DNA of 64,000 nt, from assembly GCA_046563655.1 (NCBI GenBank), contig CM102285.1, forward strand, positions 7,440,001 to 7,504,000, written 5' to 3'. Both the position numbers and the translations under genes were made by a program. The notes beneath the pieces are model-generated. The model made no database searches. It saw nothing but the letters and a program-made list of their open reading frames with translations, and was not told the origin of the DNA. The stretch is from Yuukianura sp. NJ FZ-2021. Lineage: Eukaryota. Shown here piece after piece: positions 33,761 to 47,680 of the stretch; the stretch's first letter is position 1, and every line of letters begins with the position of its first letter.

Positions 33761-34571
33761 TCGAGCGCTGTTAAATTAGAGGGACGCAAATTACGTATCA
33801 ACCAACGGACCTGTTTACTCTCACTCATCCCTGGTTCCATCAATCGTAACAAATTAGTCAGTTCATACGTATATTGTGTTGCCGATTCGTTAAGCAACTG
33901 CTTGCTATTGATAACCTTTTGTTCCGCAGTAATAGTATTCGTTTCGCCAAAGGCTTTGATTAATTCTGCTTTTAAGCGATCATATTGAACCAAAAAGGGT
34001 TCCTCTGCCGGTAAAAGTTCTTTCATGGAATCCAAACAAGAAAGAAGCCAAGCTTCAGCAGTGTCTGTTAAATTATTACTCAAAATAACTGCATAACTTT
34101 GTTCGCTAATGCCATTACCTGCTGCTGCCATTTCAAATTTCGTCAAAAATCTTTCCACATCCTCCGATTTTTTTTCCAGCAAAAGTTGGGATTTTAACTT
34201 TATAATGATTCTTTCCTACTGGTGTACTTTGGAGTGGGATAAATCCAGTATTGAGGGTTTAAGTACTCTTATTTAATTGCGTATTCGCCGTAGGATAAGA
34301 AGGAGAGTACATTATGCCTTCCTCGTCCGAATCTGGTGTTCTCACCGGAAGCTGAGTTGCGCTTGGTGGTAACAGTCCGGAGGCTCCTGGAGTAGCCTTC
34401 GGATTCGCGTATGGTGGTGGGATATATCATTTAGGAGGTCTCAGCGGATAGTAAGGCATTGGCGTAGGTAGGCGAGTGTTGGGTAGGGGTGGGGCTGGAG
34501 AAGTAGTGGGTTCCGATAAGGGGGGTTTATCTAACAACTTATCTTGCTGGCTTGTCTTGGATTTGTCCATG
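33761..34571 (-). pseudogene. Ty3/Gypsy gag, 5' part
   Basis: Pro-rich start (ATG ~34571, with stops), then EDVERFLTKFE...AEAWL...KQLLNESATQY...WLIRNLRPS; continues in frame into 16817 after removing the Polinton. Confidence 0.85.
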
Positions 34572-35577
34572 TTAAAACCAAAATGTGCGGGAATTGAACA
34601 TAAAAATTAAAAGTGTATTACCAATTCCAAAATAATAGTGAGAGACGTTCTAGTTCTACTAGAAGGAAGACGTGTTTGTCGGTACGAAACGTTATTGGTG
34701 ATGGTGGAGAGTTACAAACCACTAGCACTGTTACTGTTTAATGATGCACAAAAAGCCTGTGAACAAAATACTCCGGAACGAAAAACAATCAAGACCAACT
34801 ACACTTAGACTGTGCTAATGTTTTCAAAAGGTAAGAGGTAGAAGAAGTGATGAAGGCTGGTGAGAAGTCAAAATATGACTGAGGAGGTTGAGAGCGAAAG
34901 CGAGGCTAGTCGTTCTAATTCCTCACATTAAGTTGAACCTTGAGTTTGACTTCCGCCTTGCCTGGCTGTAATAAATCATAGCAACCAGAAAATGACCTTG
35001 AACGCATGAACTGATATTCTCAAGTTACAAAGTAAGTCCCCCAACTGTTTATTAATGAAGAATGACTACTAAATTTCTTTCAAAATAAAGGTGCAAATTG
35101 TATATACTGAATTATACTATATGAAGAAACCCTGTATTTAGAATTGATAGGGTTACTATAGTAGATCGATATGACTACTTAAAATTTTCTATTACATATC
35201 TCGTGACTAATTATGATTAGTTGTATAAAGTATTTAATAAGTAAATGGACTATATGCGAACAAAAAAATGTATGGACAGAAATTTAGCGACTAAGGAGTG
35301 AAAACCATAAGTATTACTGTAAGATTGTCGTCAGGGTGTCTGTCGGTCTGTCCCTGTCAGAATATGTTACCCCTTTAGAATACTTCAAATTTGATCTGAA
35401 CAAGAAGTAAGGTAAGTAACAAACATAAGTAACGGTAAGAAACATTTAGACGAATGTCTTTAAAAAAAATTCTCTGATAACTTTGAACTCTTGTCTCAAA
35501 AACCAAGGGACAAGTTTGTGTCTATTTGATGCCTTGAGCTGTTATCAAACCAAAAACGGAAAGTTATGATTTTAACT

Positions 35578-36945
35578 TCATAACTTGTATGTTACAAATT
35601 TTCGAGGTAGAATACCAAGGAATCTGTTTTTGACGGTAAGATTTGGTTGATTAGAGGAATCCGTGCTACTGATATGCTCTACTCCCCCAATGTAAATGGA
35701 TTCAGTAATTTGGTTTAAATTTTGCCGCGGTCTGCTGGACCGTTGCTGATTGTATGAGTGGTAACCGTGTGACTGAAGAAAAGAGAAGTCAGATAACCTA
35801 CCATGAGCCTCCGAGTAGTTGATGGCTGATCGAACTTGGTCAGGATTAATAGCAATGGCGGATATACTATTTGACCATATCCCTCCTTTTACTGAAATAC
35901 CCGTCTGGTGAGTGTTGTGGATTTGATCATGTGCGTGAGAACGCAAAGCGTTTCCATCTTCGATAAATTTACCAAGAGTAGTCGTAGTACAAATGATGTT
36001 ACAGGCGTACGTTAAATCAGCAGTTTTGAATTCCGGATTGCAAATGATCGGAAACGCATAAGAATGGTCACCGGAATGTGATTTTAAAGCTGTGCACCAT
36101 CCCGTTTCATCTTGCAAAGAGTAGCCTAACTGTCGCCCATCCATGTATTCCTTCACCATTGGAAAATATGCAATCAATTTGTGCCAGTCTTCTAATTGAC
36201 GTAAGGGGAGTCGGAAAGCAATATGTTTCTCTAATTCGAGTTCCGAGAAGTATTCCTTAATACGATCAAACTGTATTCTGTAGAAAGCTTTAAACGCCAA
36301 CGACGTAGTTTTAACTGTCCCCATGTACGTCTGTGTCCAACCTGAATGAGTATTGAAATACATGCAATCTACAAATGGGTTGTACCAAAATGTATCGCAG
36401 TCCAACGAGATAAAAAAGGAAAGGCCACTATTACTGCGGAGGTCAAGCCAAACTTGGCTAACATGATCTAATTGCTCGGTATCTATCATAGCTGTAAAAG
36501 CGATACGGTTGAGTGCGATAAAGATGGCGACAACTACATCTTCCCGGTACTGCATGCCGATATAAGTGATACTTTGGTCTGTCAGAGTATTAAGCTGTTC
36601 TCGGAGAATGGACGACAACGGAACTATGCAGTTTGTTTGAAACGTTGAGTCCGCTTCTGACATATAAAAATGATTCCTTAATTGTAGAGAAGCTAACACT
36701 TCTGGCAGAAAAATATATTTCGGATATTGAAAAAACCAATTATAAAATTCCTGTTCCTTGAACTGTTGGAATTTCAATGTTGTGTTAACTTTGAACTGTT
36801 GCGGAATTCGTTTGTCATAGATGCCGGCTGAAGGGAGGACTGGTGGAAATTTGACCGCGGATTCTCGTATTCTCTTTGTTCCTTCCTTCCAAAGAGGGCT
36901 CCCCCATCCGTCGGATATCTCCACTAGTCCAACTGCTTCTGCCAT
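35578..36945 (-). CDS. Unknown family B copy 1 (455 aa, intact)
   Basis: Long intronless ORF from ATG 36945; strong collinear similarity to 37694-39022. Confidence 0.7.
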   Translation of the reverse strand: MAEAVGLVEISDGWGSPLWKEGTKRIRESAVKFPPVLPSAGIYDKRIPQQFKVNTTLKFQQFKEQEFYNWFFQYPKYIFLPEVLASLQLRNHFYMSEADSTFQTNCIVPLSSILREQLNTLTDQSITYIGMQYREDVVVAIFIALNRIAFTAMIDTEQLDHVSQVWLDLRSNSGLSFFISLDCDTFWYNPFVDCMYFNTHSGWTQTYMGTVKTTSLAFKAFYRIQFDRIKEYFSELELEKHIAFRLPLRQLEDWHKLIAYFPMVKEYMDGRQLGYSLQDETGWCTALKSHSGDHSYAFPIICNPEFKTADLTYACNIICTTTTLGKFIEDGNALRSHAHDQIHNTHQTGISVKGGIWSNSISAIAINPDQVRSAINYSEAHGRLSDFSFLQSHGYHSYNQQRSSRPRQNLNQITESIYIGGVEHISSTDSSNQPNLTVKNRFLGILPRKFVTYKL

Positions 36946-37693
36946 TCTGTAGGAAGCAAAAACAGTCAATATTCGAAAATCGACAATTCCGTGGAAAAAA
37001 TATGTTGGATTAATGATGGATAAGATGAATGGCATCAAGAAGGAACAGAAGGATGTAAGGAGGAACGGAAGTACTCATATGCCTGGTGCTAATGCTAACC
37101 AGCTTTGCTGTTTTTGTGTTTGAATTTTTGTCCTACTATTTGTGGAATTATAAACCGAAGTGTGTATGGATACTACTAGTGGCATGTCAGGAATTGCTAA
37201 ACGAAATATTTAAAATCCCCGCGGTATATGGTGATTTCTACTTTGTGAGAAAAAGAAAATAATGATAAGAGGAAGAGCTGCCATCCATGATAAAAAAAAA
37301 CCACATCAATCAAAAATCGAAAAACTGGTTAAATCGGAGGTGAAATCAAAAAAGTGGCTCGACATTCCTTTAATGGAAAACCTATGGTAGTCTGTACCCA
37401 GTATGCCTAACGGTGTAAGTAAATTAAAGTGCATAAATTTTGTCAAAAGGTTAACCTAGTTATCAGAAATATGATAGCAATTTTAAAACGAATTTACTCA
37501 AAATGTGGCGTGATAAGTCATAACAGCTAACTTAAACGATAAAGAAACAATTACATGAAAAACGAAAGTTCCAAAAATTACATTCACTATCCTATGATCG
37601 GAGCCACAATTTGTCTGGTTAAAGTTTTGGGTATAAAGATATAGAGAATGATATACAAAATTGAAAAATAACGTGCATCTATCGTCTGAAACG

Positions 37694-39022
37694 TCACTTA
37701 AAGGAATATCTACGTTTAAGTATAGATTTAGTATCTCCGCGCCTGTCGGTGAGGAGATTATGACTGGATCCTTCGAAATACATTGTTTCAATACGCTCGT
37801 GTAAACGATGTCTAGGTCGTTTAAATAACGGTTGAATAGGAAGTTCCCAGCCGTCATTAGCTAATTTAGACATTTCCATCACCCCACAAGTGTAGTCGGA
37901 CAAAGATTGAAGAGCCTGAAGTTGTTCATAATTAATGCGTAGCTGACATATTCGATTGAGTGCACGATTGGGTGTAAAAATCCCAATGTGATCTAAATTG
38001 TGTACAACACCATGAGCTTGCGAGCACCCTGCCCCGTGTTCTTCAATATATTTTCCAAACCGTGTTGTAGTACAGATCGGATGACAAGTATAGAAGCGAT
38101 CAGCTGTGGCAAACATAGGATTTGTTGGAACAGGAAACGCGTAGGTGTGATCCCCTACATGTCCTTGAAGTGGTGTACACCAACCCGTATAATCATCGAA
38201 TGCTGTAGGTTTGTGTTTGAGTCTCCTATACTCGCGAATAAGGGGATGATAGGCTATAATTTCATGGCAAAACCTCAATTTTTGAACAGGTAAGAGGAAT
38301 GCAAACTGTTTGGTATGTTCAAGGAGATAGAAATATTCATAAATGTCTTTAAATTGTTGGCTGTAAAACGCTTTAAATGCTCAGCTGTCCGACCTTACAT
38401 TTCGCATATTGTGTTGTAGAGGCCCTCCCTCGTGTTGGGCATACATGGTATCCGTAAATGGGTTATACCAGAAAGAACGAGTAGGGAGTGAAAGAAAGGA
38501 GCATCCAACCTGCGCTTTCAGATCTATCCAAACCTGGTTAACCCGTTCGGGTAGTGCGATATGTGAGCAGCTAACTCTACCCAACTGATTGTGCGTAATT
38601 ACAAGGGCTGATTGGTAGCCAGCAAATTTCTTAAAGCCAATGTATAACAAATCTGGATTGTCTATTAGTGGTTGGAGTTGGGAGAGTAGAGTAGGTGGAA
38701 TGGGAATTAGTCTCCCGAATTTAAATGTAGGTGGTCCGAGTTCTTCCATAAAGTGATTACGAAGTTGAAGAATCGCCAAAACTTCTTCAAGAACTAGTAT
38801 GGTCGAATGATGGAGAAACCATGTGAAAAATTCCATAAGTTTGAGTGTCTGCAGAGTGATCGTAGAGTTCAACTGGACCGTTGTTGGGCATCGTTGGTCA
38901 ATATGGCGATATCCTACCCGTCCAGCTCCTAGGGCTTCTAAGACATCTGTCACATTCCTTGATCGATCCCATTGGTTATGAGGAATATCGGACGTCCAGA
39001 GTACGGGAAACTGTGCTGCCAT
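37694..39022 (-). pseudogene. Unknown family B copy 2 (single in-frame TGA at 38381-38383)
   Basis: ORFs 38381-39022 and 37694-38278 share a frame; reading through gives DS*AFKAFY versus TSLAFKAFY in copy 1. Confidence 0.7.
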
Positions 39023-41083
39023 TCCTTAATAAAATTACGAGTGGCTTTAATTAAACTCGAAGTGTGGATAACCCAATGTTGCAAGGAAAGTATGAGGGTA
39101 GGTTTCCGCAAACCAACAGGTGTAAATTGGGTTGGACGCGGAGTTAAAGTCGGAATAGGAGGAGTGGATGAATGGATAAATTAAACGGTTAAGCGCTGGC
39201 ACAGACCTTTCATTGTGACCAAAATCTAACAAAGGGAAAGAAGTTGTCCTACTTGAATGGAAACAACATGCTGACCCGAATAGGAGTGAATCAAAAGATA
39301 GGTTAAGTAATCGTTTGGTCAATTATGTGCAATGTGAGAGACACGGCGTGCACCATGACCAAATACTCCATTGAATGCCTTTTAAGCCTGTTTCACACGA
39401 GATTGAGAAGCCGGAATTTGACATGTTCATTTGTGGTCATGAGAATGACGCAAAGGCTTGATATGAGAGTGGTTAGTTTCTGCTCTAATCCACTCGAGAA
39501 CTTCTCCTACTACCCAAAAAAAATCCAAACAAAAACTGACCAAAGTCCATTCGAGGTGAAATGAGAAACAGAAGAAAAAACAATTTGTGGTATCTGCAAC
39601 CGCATGGAGTAAACTGGGGAGCGGCAAGAAGCTGCAGAGTGATCCACTGAATATTAAACTACTTGCGTTGTTAAATAGAAAATAAATTGAGACTTGCGTG
39701 TCCCTGCACGTAATTGGGAGAAACGAAAACCTGAACCATTATAGTATCGCAAAAAAATGCGCCTGAAGCGGAGAAGAGAACAAGTTTCTGGTGCTTTCCA
39801 CCTTAACCCTGTAACTGTTATGCCTCCATAATTGTGTATTTTTCAACAATTAATGAGGCTTCCCCGAATCGTTTTTCCTGGTTCGTATGAATCGACCCCA
39901 CTGTGTGTATAAGTGGAATGAATTGACTGTTGTGAGTTGTCTGTCATCGTTTATGGTAAAAAGAAGAATTAATTTACTAATTATTCGAAATGTATTCCTG
40001 AATGGTGAAATGTATGAAATAGAACATTATGTTTTCATACTGGAAGTAAAAACGTGGTTTGTTATACATAATTAGTGAATCCCAAAAAAAAATCGGTTTA
40101 AAAGGGCCTATTTAGAACAACGTGATAAATTGGGAAATGAAAGTGACGTTATGTCGCAGTTTTGTTCTAATGACCTCGATCGTTGCAGATTAGCAACTAA
40201 ACTTTCGCCTTGGGATTGTAGGATATGAGAAACTGGTTATTCTAGGAAGAGGTGCATGAGAAGGATTGTGCAAAAAAAAAACGAAAGTGCAAAGTGCGAG
40301 AAGAGGTTAGGCTTAGGTATGCCCCAGGCTACTATTTGTAAAGCGTCAAATTCATGTAAAGCGTCATATTTAACGGAAATTTGTTATCGATTATTAATTT
40401 AAAATAGGGCATGCCCACAAAAAAAACAAAAACAGGAAAGAAAAAGTTTAAGTCTAATTTCATGTGAATTACATCTCAGGGTGTTGTCTGAGAATTGCTT
40501 GGCTGCGTTGCTGTGGTGCGTTATTGTGACTGGGGAATTCGTGTTGTTACAATTGAAATTCCGCCATAATTAACAAGGTAATTGGAATTTGGATATAAAA
40601 AATAATTAAGATTAGTTAGTGACAATAAAAAAATAATAATTTCATGCGAATGAACCATATAGTCCGTTAGGAGTGTTGACTTGAAGTTAAAGTAATTGCA
40701 TCTGTTAATTGTTCTGGTGGTTTGAAATTTGGAAGTTGGAATAATCATTGTGACGCTAATTCATACATCTAAAGTCATCATTGCCCATTTTGTGGAATTC
40801 TGTATAGGGTGGCAAACTAAAAACTTAAGTGGGAAATCTAAATATTTCGTGTTCATAGTCTAGTTGTAAATAGGGGTTGGTTGTGTTTAGTATAGCAGAT
40901 AAGCAGATAAGCAGCTATAAGCAGAGGTGGAATTAAAAGTTGTAATAACGTTGAATTACGAAATTCCCATTTGATAAGTTTAAGATTTATATATGTTGAA
41001 TCGAGTTGAAAAATCATCGAGCTTATCATATCTCTAAAGCGATTATATAGTGATGTATTAATAACGTGTAACTTTTTTAGGAA

Positions 41084-41968
41084 ATGGTGGAGGGAAAATT
41101 TGAACCATACAATAAAATGTCCAAAGAAGCTGCTGAGGCCTACATGAAAAAATTGTTGTTGGACGTCTTGCCATTTAACCGGAGATTAGACGAGGCGGAA
41201 AATTTGAGGTTACTAAAGGAGTTGCCTTTTTTCCCTGCGGAACTGGAGACCATACCAGCTGTGGGACACTATTTGTTTAATATGCCTGAATTAGTAGCAC
41301 AATGTTTAGGTTCGTATTTAAGTCATATTGAAATTGGCTATATGTCCAGATGGTTTTCTGTGATATCCCGCGCTAATAGTAAGAAAATAGGAATGCTGGA
41401 TAGCCAGGTAGAGTTTTTCGCTTCTGAAATCCGATACCAAGGACATAAATTCGATGGAAACATTAGATTAACACTTTCCCTCACACCTCTAAACCGCTTC
41501 CCTCTTTCAGCACTGGATTTTCTCTTAATGATGCCTTTTGGGTATGTGAGTTTAAAGTTTTTAGATCGATATTTGACTTGAAAACAATTTGAGACGCTTC
41601 TGACAATGTGTGAAGCGCATCTTGGCTATGGATACCACCGTAACTTGTTACGTATCTCCCGGGTGACGTCAAAACAGAGCCGTGGACTCGCCTTTTCTCG
41701 AAATATCGAGCCCTCAACGGTGTTTACGATTTTTAATGACTTTAAATGTGTGCAACGATTTATTGAAGCTACCCTAGATGACTCAATGTATAGCGTGAGT
41801 AACAGATTGAAGTATTACATAGATGATAGAGTAGAATTTTACGATCGTGCAGTTCAAATTGAATATGAACTCCAAAGTGAACGATTAAGAGAAATAAGGC
41901 GCACGGTTTTAACTTTTTTGCGGTGGAATTTTGTAGCAGCAGATCTGGATCGTGTCGTTCGCCTCTAA
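41084..41968 (+). pseudogene. Unknown family A copy 2 (frameshift ~41580)
   Basis: Collinear with 4772-5651. Confidence 0.6.
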
Positions 41969-43792
41969 ATTATAGAATTTAAATTCAGCCCCTTTTCGTT
42001 TTGTAGTGTTGATTATAGGAGTATAATCTGAACGGATCTTCTAGGCTCATTTAAAACTAATTAGTGTTTACTGTTGTCACTTTTGAAACGGGGTGAATTC
42101 TTAGCGCTCAATAAAGTCTCTACTTTACCATTTCTGCTCAATCGTTCTCTGAAAACAACTGGGCCACGCTGATGCTCCTAGCTTCTGTGGGTCTAACATC
42201 CGCCACCCCTCTCGCGACCTAACCCTTTGACCCTTCCGGGCCCTTAAGACATCCCCTAACTCATGACCTACATTGGGTGGCGCTGGTCCCACCAACCCAC
42301 ATCATCTAGTGTATGAATCTACAAGTGCTTCTACTGTTTTTCTAAACCTTGGATAAAAAAGGAAGATTCCCTTACCTCGGCTGCAGTTGATCTTGTGAAA
42401 GTACAAGCGGCAGAATACGTGAGAGTTGTAGAAGTGAGGCGGTCGAACGGTGTAAAAGGTTCCCAGGAAGAGTACTTTATTGTTCAGAAGACTCAGTGCC
42501 CTTAACCGTTTAAACTTAAAGCTTACTAGGGAGAGAGAAAGAGCTTAGCCAAAAGCTAATCTAGAAATGACTTAACGCTAAGCTGTTACTTATATTTATA
42601 ACCTTACTCTTGACCCAGCTTGTCCTTCAACCGAGGGACGCTTAGCGACCTGAGTTCAAAGTTGGACGTTAATCTATGATAAAACAGGATCTATGATCCT
42701 GTTCTGTCATTAAAGTCCAAGATTGAGCTAAGTTGTGGGACTATGCAAGTTGATTATCTGGGCACTTTGTATGAATATCAACTTTTGATGAGTTGACATT
42801 CACATGTCCAACAAGTGTGAAACTTGTTAAACAAGCAACTTTGTTGCTTGCCCTCCCACTGGTCCGTCATGTCAAAGACCAATTGTCGTAAATCTTTGAC
42901 ATTTGATCTTCTTGAGAAAGACGCAAAGAAGCTGAGTCTTTGCTTTCCTACTTGTTCTATTAAAACTTATGTTCATTTTACAATCGTCCGGTTTCGGCCC
43001 ACCGGGAGATTTTGAAATCTCCGGGTGGCTCGAAATCCGGCGTTACATTATCCCCAACTTGACCTAAATCTACGTCCTCGTAGATTTTAACTGGCTTATT
43101 TGAACAACAAAATTGTACAACCCCAACATAAACATTGATTGTGGATCTAAACTAGTCTAAAACTTTGATGACATGAACTTGAAGCCTGAACTGATAAAAA
43201 GAAATCAAGATATTACCCTATCCAAGTATTTAAGTAATCCATTAAGTAAAGTGTAACTCTTGTAGTGCACAAATTGAAAATCCTAAAAGAAGTTAAAAAT
43301 TTCGTCGGGGTATGCCCTGTTCGGTTGACCATGGGAGTTTGTGTTGTTGGTGGCTGGCCAGCGTGGTTGTTTGTCTGAGAGTCGTTGGACTGTTTCCTGG
43401 AGACCTTTGACCTGGGTTTGAAGTGTTTGGACCTGATGTTAAAGTGCAGAGATGCGAGCTCGGGAGTCATCCTGGATCCTTTGATAAGGGGTGACGTGGT
43501 TCCGATTTCTTTCTCGGTATTGAGAATGTCCTGGCCAGCGAAGTCCCTGGTGGTGACTGGGCTTTGTCGACATCAGTTCATTGTGTTCTGATTTTGCTTC
43601 CTTGCTGAGTTCATCTAATGATGTCCATGTAATGACCGATTGGGCAGACAGAGTGGCGTAACTGGGTTCACCTGGTCGGCGTGACATGTTATCCAACATG
43701 CGGGTTACTTTTTCCATTATTTTTGTTTTGTCGAATTTGGCTCCTGGCGGTATTACAAGTTCGTCTACTTTCCACTGGAACTGTTGACGTAA

Positions 43793-44703
43793 TTAGTCAT
43801 TGTTCTCGAGGCCACAATTTTCGTAAAATTTCTCAAAGTATCGCAACGAGAGGTCGAACTGTTGTGCTAGGAAGCTGATGACTTCATAGAGCAATTCTTC
43901 GTGATTGGAACGGATGGTGATGTGTTGCCGGAATTTTGGAATTGGAATTGGCAGTACCAACGTTTCTTTAGCGTCCTGAAACAACTCCCGCAAAATCACT
44001 ATGCGAGTAGCCTGGTAGTTTGCTCGGATCTCGGTGGCAACTCCGCCCCATAACTGCATGATGGCAACAACGTGGTCCTGGAGATTTTTGACATGAGCAT
44101 GTTCGGTGGGATGATAGCATGCAGAGTTCGGCAATTCGTAGTTGAATGTTTTTCGCAATCTTGTGGCGATGAATTTTTGGCATAGTCCCGGGAAGGAATC
44201 CTCAGTCGTGACGCCTGTACGAAAGAGTTTTGCTAAATCCAGAAAGGCAACGGGAAAAATATTCAAGTCTCTTCTCAGCATGATGGATTGGGATGCGCAG
44301 TCGTAGACCACCTTTGGAATGGTTGGGCTCTCGAGCAATGTTCGAAGCACGAGAATGGATTTGTCAGATAGTTGTCGCATGTTGAGAACAAAGCCGGTGA
44401 TGCATGTCAGAATGAGTATGGTCGCGGTTTCTCCCAAATACGTGTTCGGATTTTCGCGGCAGCTCACAAAAACGAGGTCCTGGGACATGGCTTGAGGAAT
44501 CAACCAGGTGGCTGCTCCATCGTCACGGTGATGTGTCTCCAGCCAGATTCTTTTTCGGGAGCTCGGAACTGAAGTAGTCTCTGCGTCAGCTTTCCCTCAT
44601 TTACTGCAGCAAGGCGTTCTGCATGGTCGCTCTTTTCGGGAAAATTTTCAGTGGCATTCAAGGCTTGTCGTTTTTCGTAATAGATACTGCTGGATGCCGC
44701 CAT
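43793..44703 (-). pseudogene. EXD1/Egalitarian-like DEDDy 3'-5' exonuclease-fold protein, degenerate and frameshifted
   Basis: LRTLLESPTIPKVVYDCASQSIMLRRDLNIFPVAFLDLAKLF matches the EXD-family LLE..I.KV.HDC..D...L pattern, with the Exo II Asp lost. Confidence 0.6.
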
Positions 44704-47080
44704 TTTTCTTATGGTGAAAATAGATAAGTCAATCAAAAATTAAACATTAATAGTTTTCATCTTAACCCCATTCTAAAATTACTGATTACCTATGAATCTA
44801 TAATTAGCCCTTTCTATGATATACATTATAGTTTTTCTGAGGAGAGAAAAGAAAATTATTAATAATCTACCCATCCTTCTCGGTCCTCAGGAGCCGAATC
44901 CGCCAGTTTAATAACCCCTTTTATAAGTTCCTTGGGAACTTTTTCTTTAGGAATTCTGCTCAACTGTCCTAATAGAAAGGCGAAGCCTTTTCGCGGAAAG
45001 AACCCATTTAAATCCACGCAAATATTTCCAGGGTACATGCCGCTCTATACATCCTTACAACCGCGCACAAACAGCTCGCTAATTTATAACATAGCTTTCG
45101 CTTTGGCATTAACTTCAGAGAAGCCTTTTGATTAACATGACGGATACAATGAGGGCTAAAGTAGCGTCACGCAACCCTAGCAGCCGGACTGACCACCATC
45201 ATTGTCTTGATTGGCTGCTTACAAGGCTGGTTAGCAGTTACACCATATTTTTGTAATCTGTTTTGGAATTGGTGAATTCACTAACACCTCTGTATCCTTT
45301 TCGATCAGCAAATAATCTATTCCTCGCACATATACCTACTAGTTACTTAACCGTTTTCATATTTCACGCTTAACTACAGCACTCCGTGGCGTTTTGAAAT
45401 AAATTATGAAAATCTGGCGTTTTGCAATAAATTATGAAAATCGCACCGATGCAACAGTGGACGTGTTTTTGATTCACTCTAGCCATTTCCTGCCAAGTTC
45501 ATCCTTACACACGAGTTGACCTTTGCTTTCCCCTCTTGTATCGTATCAGAACACATTGGGCTACCTAACCCAACCAATTCGCTCGCTTTCGCCACGTACA
45601 ACTTGTGTTTCCTATTTCCAAAAACTGTGCAATACGTTGAAACCAACATGACATTTCTACAAGGTCAAGACAATTGCACTCAGCAGCTTTTCTAACGGCT
45701 TAGTAAATGCTTTTTATTTTTATTTACACACAAACAAAAACACAACACAAAATTTAGCCCAAGTACGGTTGTACGGTTTTCAAGCAAACTGTTAATTGAA
45801 ATTCAGCGTCACAGTTGATTCTTTCCTTTCCAGTGGAAAATACATCCCAACAAAACGATACTTGCAAAATACATCAAACCGCAAAATTTAAGGTTTAATT
45901 TCTTTTGATATGGTTGAGAGCACCCATAACAGATGGTTTCTCCAGTTTCGTTCAATTTCCTTTTGTTTTCTTGCCCGTTATTTGTTTCGATTTTTTAGTT
46001 TGTGACATTCTTGTTTTTCAATCTTTCTCTCCGTTGCATACAAGCAGAATAGTTTCCTCCTGGCATTTTCAGAGTCCTTATGGGAATCTGTGTAATTGCG
46101 ATACAACCCATCCATTCCACCCTAAACAAATCAGTGGTTTCGCTTGTTGTTCCTAGCCTATTGGGATACAGATGAATTTACAATTCCAAGTACTGCGCCC
46201 TTTCTCTGCGCGCAGGCGTAAAATCCAGTCTACTTTACCATTGGACATTACTCCTGTCTCCATGTTCTTCACCCTCATCATCAGACATGGAAAATGTGTT
46301 TAGTAAAAACTGGCGAAATAGTTAAATATTAAATATTTATACCAAAAACTCCAAAATATTTACTTTTAACTTTGAGGGCATGGAAAATTAAGTAAATCTT
46401 TAGTATCAAGAAAGCCCAAATTATTTAAAGTGTTTACATTACAGGCATGGGGACTAAATATTTTTCTCTTGTCTGCTCATCGTGGAAGTACCGTAAAATA
46501 GGGATATGGAGCGAAGCTGAAAATTGGTTTTGCGGCTTTATTCTGTACTTCAAATTTCATTTTCCCCCCTCTCTATTTCGATTGTATTATTTCTTACCTC
46601 GTGTTGTTTCGTTGGTTGACGATGACGCAGTGTGTGAAACCTCTCCCAGTTCTCTATCTCCACAGGATCTATCTATCTTCAGCATGCCCCTCCAATATCG
46701 ACGAAAGACAACCTCAATTATAATAAATAAAATCAATCAATCTAATAAAACTAAATGAATCAACACCAGATGTGTGATCTCAATGACCTCAAGAGGATTA
46801 GCATGCTATTCCCTAGATCCTACTAGTCTAGCACTAGTGCCTGGGTTTCCTTAAGTTCTTTGGATTTGTTGGTGAAAGTCACTTTGAATTGAAATGCTCT
46901 TCAATCATTTGTGGGCCGAGCCCAGCAGGAGGACCTGAGTACTTACTAATAGTAATTTGTATACAAACGTACCTGGAGGTAGTGCCTTTCCTTGACGCTT
47001 CCCCCTAAATTGAACCCGAATACAAGGTTCTTCCAATCGTTATACGCATTTGGGGCTCCTGGTTTCCTAACCAGCGCACA

Positions 47081-47680
47081 TTGAATATCCGGTTTTTGAC
47101 CAACAAGGCCTTCAGAGCAGTGATTACGTCCCTTCCTAATCTAACCACGCTGATACCCAATGATGCCCTTTATGATGATGAAGCTATAACCGGAACCAAC
47201 CAGAAGCTCATGCAGACCGCCCTGGAACTGATGACAGACGGTCAAATTTACTCATTAGACCGACATAAATACAACCCTCGACTCTCCCAGCTCTTGCAAC
47301 TGAAGGAACTGTATTTGAGCTGCAAGTTTCTGACTAGTTGTGCCATTTACTTTGGACTTTTAGATTGTCCACAGCTATGTCATTTGACTTTAAAAGGTTA
47401 TGGATTCTCTTCTTTAAGCCTTGTTACCCTCGCGACTCGACTTAACGTTTCTTACTTCGAAACCATTTTCTGTGCTCAACTAACTGTTAAAGGCGCGCAA
47501 ATGATCAAACGCAGCATGCCACACGCAGTCGTTAAATTGAACCATCTGCAACCTCCGCTTTCCCAGGCGGACAGACACCGCCTCGAGAGGTACCAGGTAG
47601 CAACCGCATCGAGGCCGGTATTAAAACGGGTAATCGAGGGCCAAATTTGTGACCGGATGATCCAATGCCGCAGAATTTAA
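47081..47680 (+). pseudogene. Leucine-rich repeat (F-box/LRR-type) fragment
   Basis: LPNLTTL, LLQLKELYLSC and CPQLCHLTLKG repeats. Confidence 0.5.

Noticed and set aside
16817..33765. 6-bp TSD TTCGAG
   Set aside because: It would need T33760, the terminal base of the right TIR complementary to A16823. The 5-bp reading keeps the ends symmetric, though the site is formally ambiguous.
34572..35400. 5' LTR and PBS of the interrupted Gypsy element
   Set aside because: No convincing TG...CA boundary, PBS or second LTR copy could be identified by eye.
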